From an uncultured Methanolobus sp. (GTDB lineage Archaea > Halobacteriota > Methanosarcinia > Methanosarcinales > Methanosarcinaceae), in NCBI GenBank assembly GCA_963675495.1, contig OY776215.1, positions 1,376,001-1,440,000 of the forward strand: a stretch of DNA of 64,000 nt. Direction: 5' to 3'. Positions 59,653 through 64,000 of this stretch are shown here, one piece after another. Under the pieces are notes generated by a model that searched no databases, had not been told where the DNA came from, and saw only the letters and a list, made by a program, of their open reading frames with translations. The number at the start of each line of letters is the position of its first letter. Within the stretch, counting starts at the first letter, position 1. The position numbers were made by a program, and so were the translations under genes.

Positions 59653-60972
59653 ATGGTAATGGATAAACTCGGGAATTCCCTGCAGGATGCCCTTAAAAAA
59701 CTTGTAAAATCAGGACGTATCGACGAACGAACCGTAAATGAGGTCGTCAAGGATATCCAGAGAGCACTGCTTCAGTCTGATGTTAATGTCAAGCTGGTCA
59801 TGCAAATGTCAAAGCATATCAAAGAGCGTGCCCTGAAAGAAGAAGTCCCCTCTGGCATGAGTCCAAGGGAACATGTAATAAGGATAGTCTACCAGGAACT
59901 TATCAGTATAATAGGGAAGAGCACTGACATTCCCCTCAAACCCCAGACCATAATGATGATTGGTTTGCAGGGTAGCGGAAAAACTACAACAACTTCAAAA
60001 CTCGCACGCTATTTCCAGAGAAAAGGACTAAAACCGGCAGTTGTTTGTGCCGACACATTCAGGCCAGGCGCGTACCAGCAACTCGAGACACTCTGTACCA
60101 AGCTCAACGTGGCGTTCTATGGTGAAGAAGGCAATCCGGATGCAGTTGGCATTGTGAAGAGAGGGCTCGAAGAGCTTCATAAAAATGACGTGCTTATAGT
60201 TGACACAGCAGGCCGCCACTCACTTGAAAGTGACCTCATCACTGAGATGGAAGAAATACACGCTACGGCCAAACCGGATTATAAACTGCTGGTACTTGAC
60301 GGTGCTATCGGCCAACAGGCAAGCGAGCAGGCACGTGCATTCAATGATTCGATCGGGATATCAGGCGTGGTGATCTCCAAACTTGACGGTACCGCAAAAG
60401 GTGGTGGTGCGCTTTCAGCAGTATCCGAAACAAATTCATCTATCGCTTTTATTGGTGTAGGAGAAACACCGGATGACCTTGAAAGGTTTGAGCCTGACAG
60501 GTTCATTTCAAGACTTCTTGGAATGGGTGACATAAAAAGTCTTATCGAAAAGGCAGAGGAAGCCCTTGGAGAAGAAGACTTTGACATGGAAGCAATGCTT
60601 CGTGGCAGGTTCACACTCAAGGACATGTACAAACAGCTTGAGAGCCTGAACAAGATGGGACCCATGAAACAGGTCATGCAGATGTTGCCTCTTGGAGGAC
60701 TTGGTGCCAAGATACCTGAAGATGCATATCAGGTAACGGGAGATAAACTCGGACGTTACAGAGTTCTTATGGATTCGATGACGGAAGAAGAAATGCTTAA
60801 CCCCAGGGTTATCGGAAGTGCCCGCATCAAGAGAATTGCAAGAGGCTCAGGGAGTGCTCCAGAGGATGTAAGGGAACTTCTGAAATATCACAAGATGATG
60901 CAAACCGCCATGAAAGGATTCCGTGGTGGAAAATTCAATATGCAAAAAATGATGAAGAAAATGGGAATGTGA
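59653..60972 (+). CDS. srp54: Signal recognition particle 54 kDa protein
   Basis: [28 protein letters not shown], Met-rich M domain. Confidence 0.97.
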   Translation: MVMDKLGNSLQDALKKLVKSGRIDERTVNEVVKDIQRALLQSDVNVKLVMQMSKHIKERALKEEVPSGMSPREHVIRIVYQELISIIGKSTDIPLKPQTIMMIGLQGSGKTTTTSKLARYFQRKGLKPAVVCADTFRPGAYQQLETLCTKLNVAFYGEEGNPDAVGIVKRGLEELHKNDVLIVDTAGRHSLESDLITEMEEIHATAKPDYKLLVLDGAIGQQASEQARAFNDSIGISGVVISKLDGTAKGGGALSAVSETNSSIAFIGVGETPDDLERFEPDRFISRLLGMGDIKSLIEKAEEALGEEDFDMEAMLRGRFTLKDMYKQLESLNKMGPMKQVMQMLPLGGLGAKIPEDAYQVTGDKLGRYRVLMDSMTEEEMLNPRVIGSARIKRIARGSGSAPEDVRELLKYHKMMQTAMKGFRGGKFNMQKMMKKMGM

Positions 60973-61006
60973 GAACTAATACTTCTCACATAGAAGAATG
61001 CGAGAC

Positions 61007-61576
61007 TTAATAAGTCTCACATACCTCAAAGAAATTCATCAAAAGCTGTTCTCCTTTTTCCGTGTGTGCCACTTCAGGGTGCCACTGCACACCAAACAGA
61101 GGCCTTTCTACATGCCTCATTGCTTCACACTCACATATATTCGACCTTGCAAGTTGTTTGAAATCCTCAGGCATCCTGAGAACCTCATCAGCATGTGATG
61201 CCCAAACTGAGGTCTTTGGACCCAGGCCTGTAAGGAGCTCATCCTCATCAATGACCTCAATCTCAATATCTGCATAGCCACCTGTTGGGCCCGAACCTAC
61301 CTCACCACCAAATGTTTTTGCGATGACCTGGTGACCAAGACAGATGCCAAGTATTGGAAGGTCAATACTTTCAACATATTCAGAGCACATGCCAGCTCTG
61401 TCCAGTGAAGGACCACCACTTAATATAAGTCCATCCGGCTCTTCATCAAGAATATCCTCAATCGAGGTTGTGTTGGCAACTATCTTTGTATCCATGTCCA
61501 GGTCCCTTACTGCACGATGGATAAGATGGCAGAACTGCCCGTAGTTATTGATTACAAGGATCTTTAATTCTCTCAT
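61007..61576 (-). CDS. guaAA: GMP synthase subunit A (glutaminase)
   Basis: LSGGP, GICLGHQ, QWHPEV. Confidence 0.93.
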   Translation of the reverse strand: MRELKILVINNYGQFCHLIHRAVRDLDMDTKIVANTTSIEDILDEEPDGLILSGGPSLDRAGMCSEYVESIDLPILGICLGHQVIAKTFGGEVGSGPTGGYADIEIEVIDEDELLTGLGPKTSVWASHADEVLRMPEDFKQLARSNICECEAMRHVERPLFGVQWHPEVAHTEKGEQLLMNFFEVCETY

Positions 61577-61844
61577 AGATTGTTTCCTGGATTTATTTGT
61601 ATTAATAGATGTGCGTCAATATTGCCATAATAGTAATTAACCATATAAGAGGGTTTCACAGACATAATGCCGTTATAATATTTTGTGTTCAAAAGATACT
61701 ACATAAAAACATTACCATACATACTAATGAATAATGTTAAGTAAAAGTACAAAGTAAACTAAGCAAGGGAGAGGTAATTTCATGTAAACGTGGAGCATGA
61801 ATGTTATCTTTACTACCATAGCAATACTTAAATGAGGCACCACA

Positions 61845-63212
61845 TTGGAAAGTAAACCCACAGGAATACCAGGATTTGATGAGATACTTGGCGGAGGCAT
61901 AATTGGTCCTTCGACAATATTGATAGCAGGTAACCCGGGTAGTGGACGGACTGTACTTGGAATCCAGAGTTTGTGTGAAGCGGCAAGGAACGGAGAAAAT
62001 GTACTGTATATATGCATGACTTCTAAATCAGAGAGTTCCGTAAGAGAAGCCATTTCCAACTATGATTTTTACGTAGAGTCATTGACCATACATACATTCA
62101 ACGCCAGTTCCGTTGAAAGGGACCCACTTACCATGCTGGTTGAGCTTGGTAACATCGTAGCATCCCTTAAACCAGACAGGATATTGATAGACCCTGTAAC
62201 CCCCATAGGATTTGGCTTTCCTGAAGCTGAACGAAGAAGATTCATGTATTCCCTAATGTCCGCAATTGGAGAATGGGATGCCATTGTGTATCTGACTGGA
62301 ACAATGTCACAGTCTGATGTGTGCAGATCAGTAATTAGTGATGTGGTTGAAGGAATAGTATTCCTTTCACAGGATATCGAAAGAAGAGGAAGTAACCGTA
62401 AGATAAAGATCATAAAAATGAACCTTCCCAATTACATAGAAGGGGAACACACTTTTGATATTTCAAACGACGGAATCAGCATATACCCCAGAATAAGCAC
62501 CCAGGCCACCGAGCAACTATCACCGGAAACGAGGGTTGATACAGGCATTCCCGGATTCAATGAATTGATCAGTGGGGGGTTCTTTGAACTATCATCTACG
62601 TTGATAGCAGGAAATACAGGCACAGGGAAAACATTATTCGGACTTTGTTTTATAGTTCAGGGTGCCAAGAATGGAGAACCCGGAATAATAAGTACCTTTG
62701 AAGATACACCTGCAGAATTACGCCGCTATGCTTCAAGTCTTGGACTTGAACTTGAAGAATTAGAACAGAAAGAACTGGTCAAAATTATTTATACGCCTCC
62801 CCCAGAGATCAATGCCTGTAAGCATACAATAAAACTCAAGAGTACTATTGAAAAGATGGGAGCAAAAAGAATACTTCTGGATGACATCTCCGGATTTGAT
62901 TATGTCTTTAGTGACCCGGTTACCAAAAGGGAACATATCGCCAACATGATAAGGATGTTTAAGGATATGGAGCTCACATCCATGCTCATCAGTGGTAACA
63001 GGGCAGCTGGAAACAATGTACTTACAAGTGAAATACCAGTCTCCTCACTTGTGGATGTGCTGATACTTCTAAAACACGTAGAGATTGAGAAGGAGATCAG
63101 GAAAACAATGTCAATTATGAAGATGCATGGCAGTGACCATGAAAAACATCTCATTGGATATACCATCAATTCTGACGGAATACAGATCGGCAAGTTCCTT
63201 AAAGATTTGTAA
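61845..63212 (+). CDS. KaiC-like double RecA-domain ATPase
   Basis: Two TGIPGF..L..GG repeats; Walker A GNPGSGRT and GNTGTGKT; KMHGSDH. Confidence 0.85.
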   Translation: MESKPTGIPGFDEILGGGIIGPSTILIAGNPGSGRTVLGIQSLCEAARNGENVLYICMTSKSESSVREAISNYDFYVESLTIHTFNASSVERDPLTMLVELGNIVASLKPDRILIDPVTPIGFGFPEAERRRFMYSLMSAIGEWDAIVYLTGTMSQSDVCRSVISDVVEGIVFLSQDIERRGSNRKIKIIKMNLPNYIEGEHTFDISNDGISIYPRISTQATEQLSPETRVDTGIPGFNELISGGFFELSSTLIAGNTGTGKTLFGLCFIVQGAKNGEPGIISTFEDTPAELRRYASSLGLELEELEQKELVKIIYTPPPEINACKHTIKLKSTIEKMGAKRILLDDISGFDYVFSDPVTKREHIANMIRMFKDMELTSMLISGNRAAGNNVLTSEIPVSSLVDVLILLKHVEIEKEIRKTMSIMKMHGSDHEKHLIGYTINSDGIQIGKFLKDL

Positions 63213-63367
63213 CCTTTTTAAACTATTTTATTACTCAGCCCTACAAAAACATTTAAATAACACATCGTGCTACTATGTCACATAGTAACAGGGATATTAT
63301 AAATATACCAACGTACAACTAGCTACATTGAAGTACATCATTATACAATAACAGAGGGTGAAAGCAA

Positions 63368-64000
63368 ATGACAGACATCGGGAAGAAAATTCGCATAGAA
63401 AGGATCATGCACAGAGAAAGCAGGAACATGGTAATAATTCCCATGGACCATGGATTATCAGATGGACCCATAAAAGGTCTGATAAATGTGGCAGATTCCA
63501 TAAATAAAGTTGCAGACGGTGGAGCGGATGCAATACTCATGCAAAAAGGAATCGTAACCCATGGACACAGAGGATATGGACATGATGTTGGGCTCATCGT
63601 CCACATGAGTGCTTCTACGAGCATCGCACGTGATCCAAATAACAAAGTACAGGTCTGTTCTGTGGAAGAGGTCATGAAAATGGGAGCTGACGCAGTATCA
63701 ATACATGTGAATGTGGGGTCAGAGACCGAAGCAGACCAGCTGCAAAAACTTGGAAGTGTAGCTGAAGAGTGTAACTACTGGGGAATGCCACTTCTCGCAA
63801 TGATGTACCCACGTGGAAAAGACATCGTCAACCCTCACGACTCTGAGCTGGTAGCACATGTTGCAAGGGTTGGTGCTGAGCTTGGTGCAGATGTTGTAAA
63901 AACCTTGTACACAGGAGATATCGATACTTTCAAGGACGTAGTCCAGGGTTGTCCCGTACCCGTGGTAATTGCAGGTGGACCAAAGACAAACACAGACAAG
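63368..64000 (+). CDS. 2-amino-3,7-dideoxy-D-threo-hept-6-ulosonate synthase (class I aldolase), truncated by window end
   Basis: [13 protein letters not shown]...IPMDHG...[31 protein letters not shown]. Confidence 0.88.
   Translation, partial: MTDIGKKIRIERIMHRESRNMVIIPMDHGLSDGPIKGLINVADSINKVADGGADAILMQKGIVTHGHRGYGHDVGLIVHMSASTSIARDPNNKVQVCSVEEVMKMGADAVSIHVNVGSETEADQLQKLGSVAEECNYWGMPLLAMMYPRGKDIVNPHDSELVAHVARVGAELGADVVKTLYTGDIDTFKDVVQGCPVPVVIAGGPKTNTDK

Overview
Archaeal chromosomal window from a methanogen of the Methanosarcinaceae. The evidence is MC1 chromatin protein, MptA, HdrCB, split archaeal glutamate synthase, RaSEA, SRP54 and archaeal initiator tRNAs; a Methanolobus-like source is my inference. 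From ~22.9 kb to 64 kb it is mostly housekeeping: nitrogen assimilation with two glnA genes, hdrCB, argB, guaAA/AB, recQ, pyrBI, dapAB, dinB/dbh, srp54 and three tRNAs. The first ~22.7 kb is accessory and has two notable parts. (i) A compact redox operon: three tandem Rieske [2Fe-2S] ferredoxins, a glutaredoxin, a ferredoxin:thioredoxin-reductase catalytic chain and a nitroreductase. (ii) A ~19 kb cell-surface island: transglutaminase-like protein, MacB-type ABC system with a COG1361 protein, C-type-lectin lipoprotein, a shuffled tandem array of DUF1566 lipoproteins, a membrane-anchored wHTH regulator and acidic Met-rich exported proteins. In the island, five promoters share an upstream AAAGCTTYAT-like box at a fixed 34-37 nt from a shared BRE/TATA. 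Three of these promoters drive a conserved, covarying two-hairpin RNA with C/A-rich loops, the best candidate here for an undescribed regulatory system. Also seen: probable ATA/ATC start codons, unannotated small ORFs and several gene relics. No CRISPR array, transposase, integrase or reverse transcriptase was seen. All family assignments come from motif recognition, not database searches.
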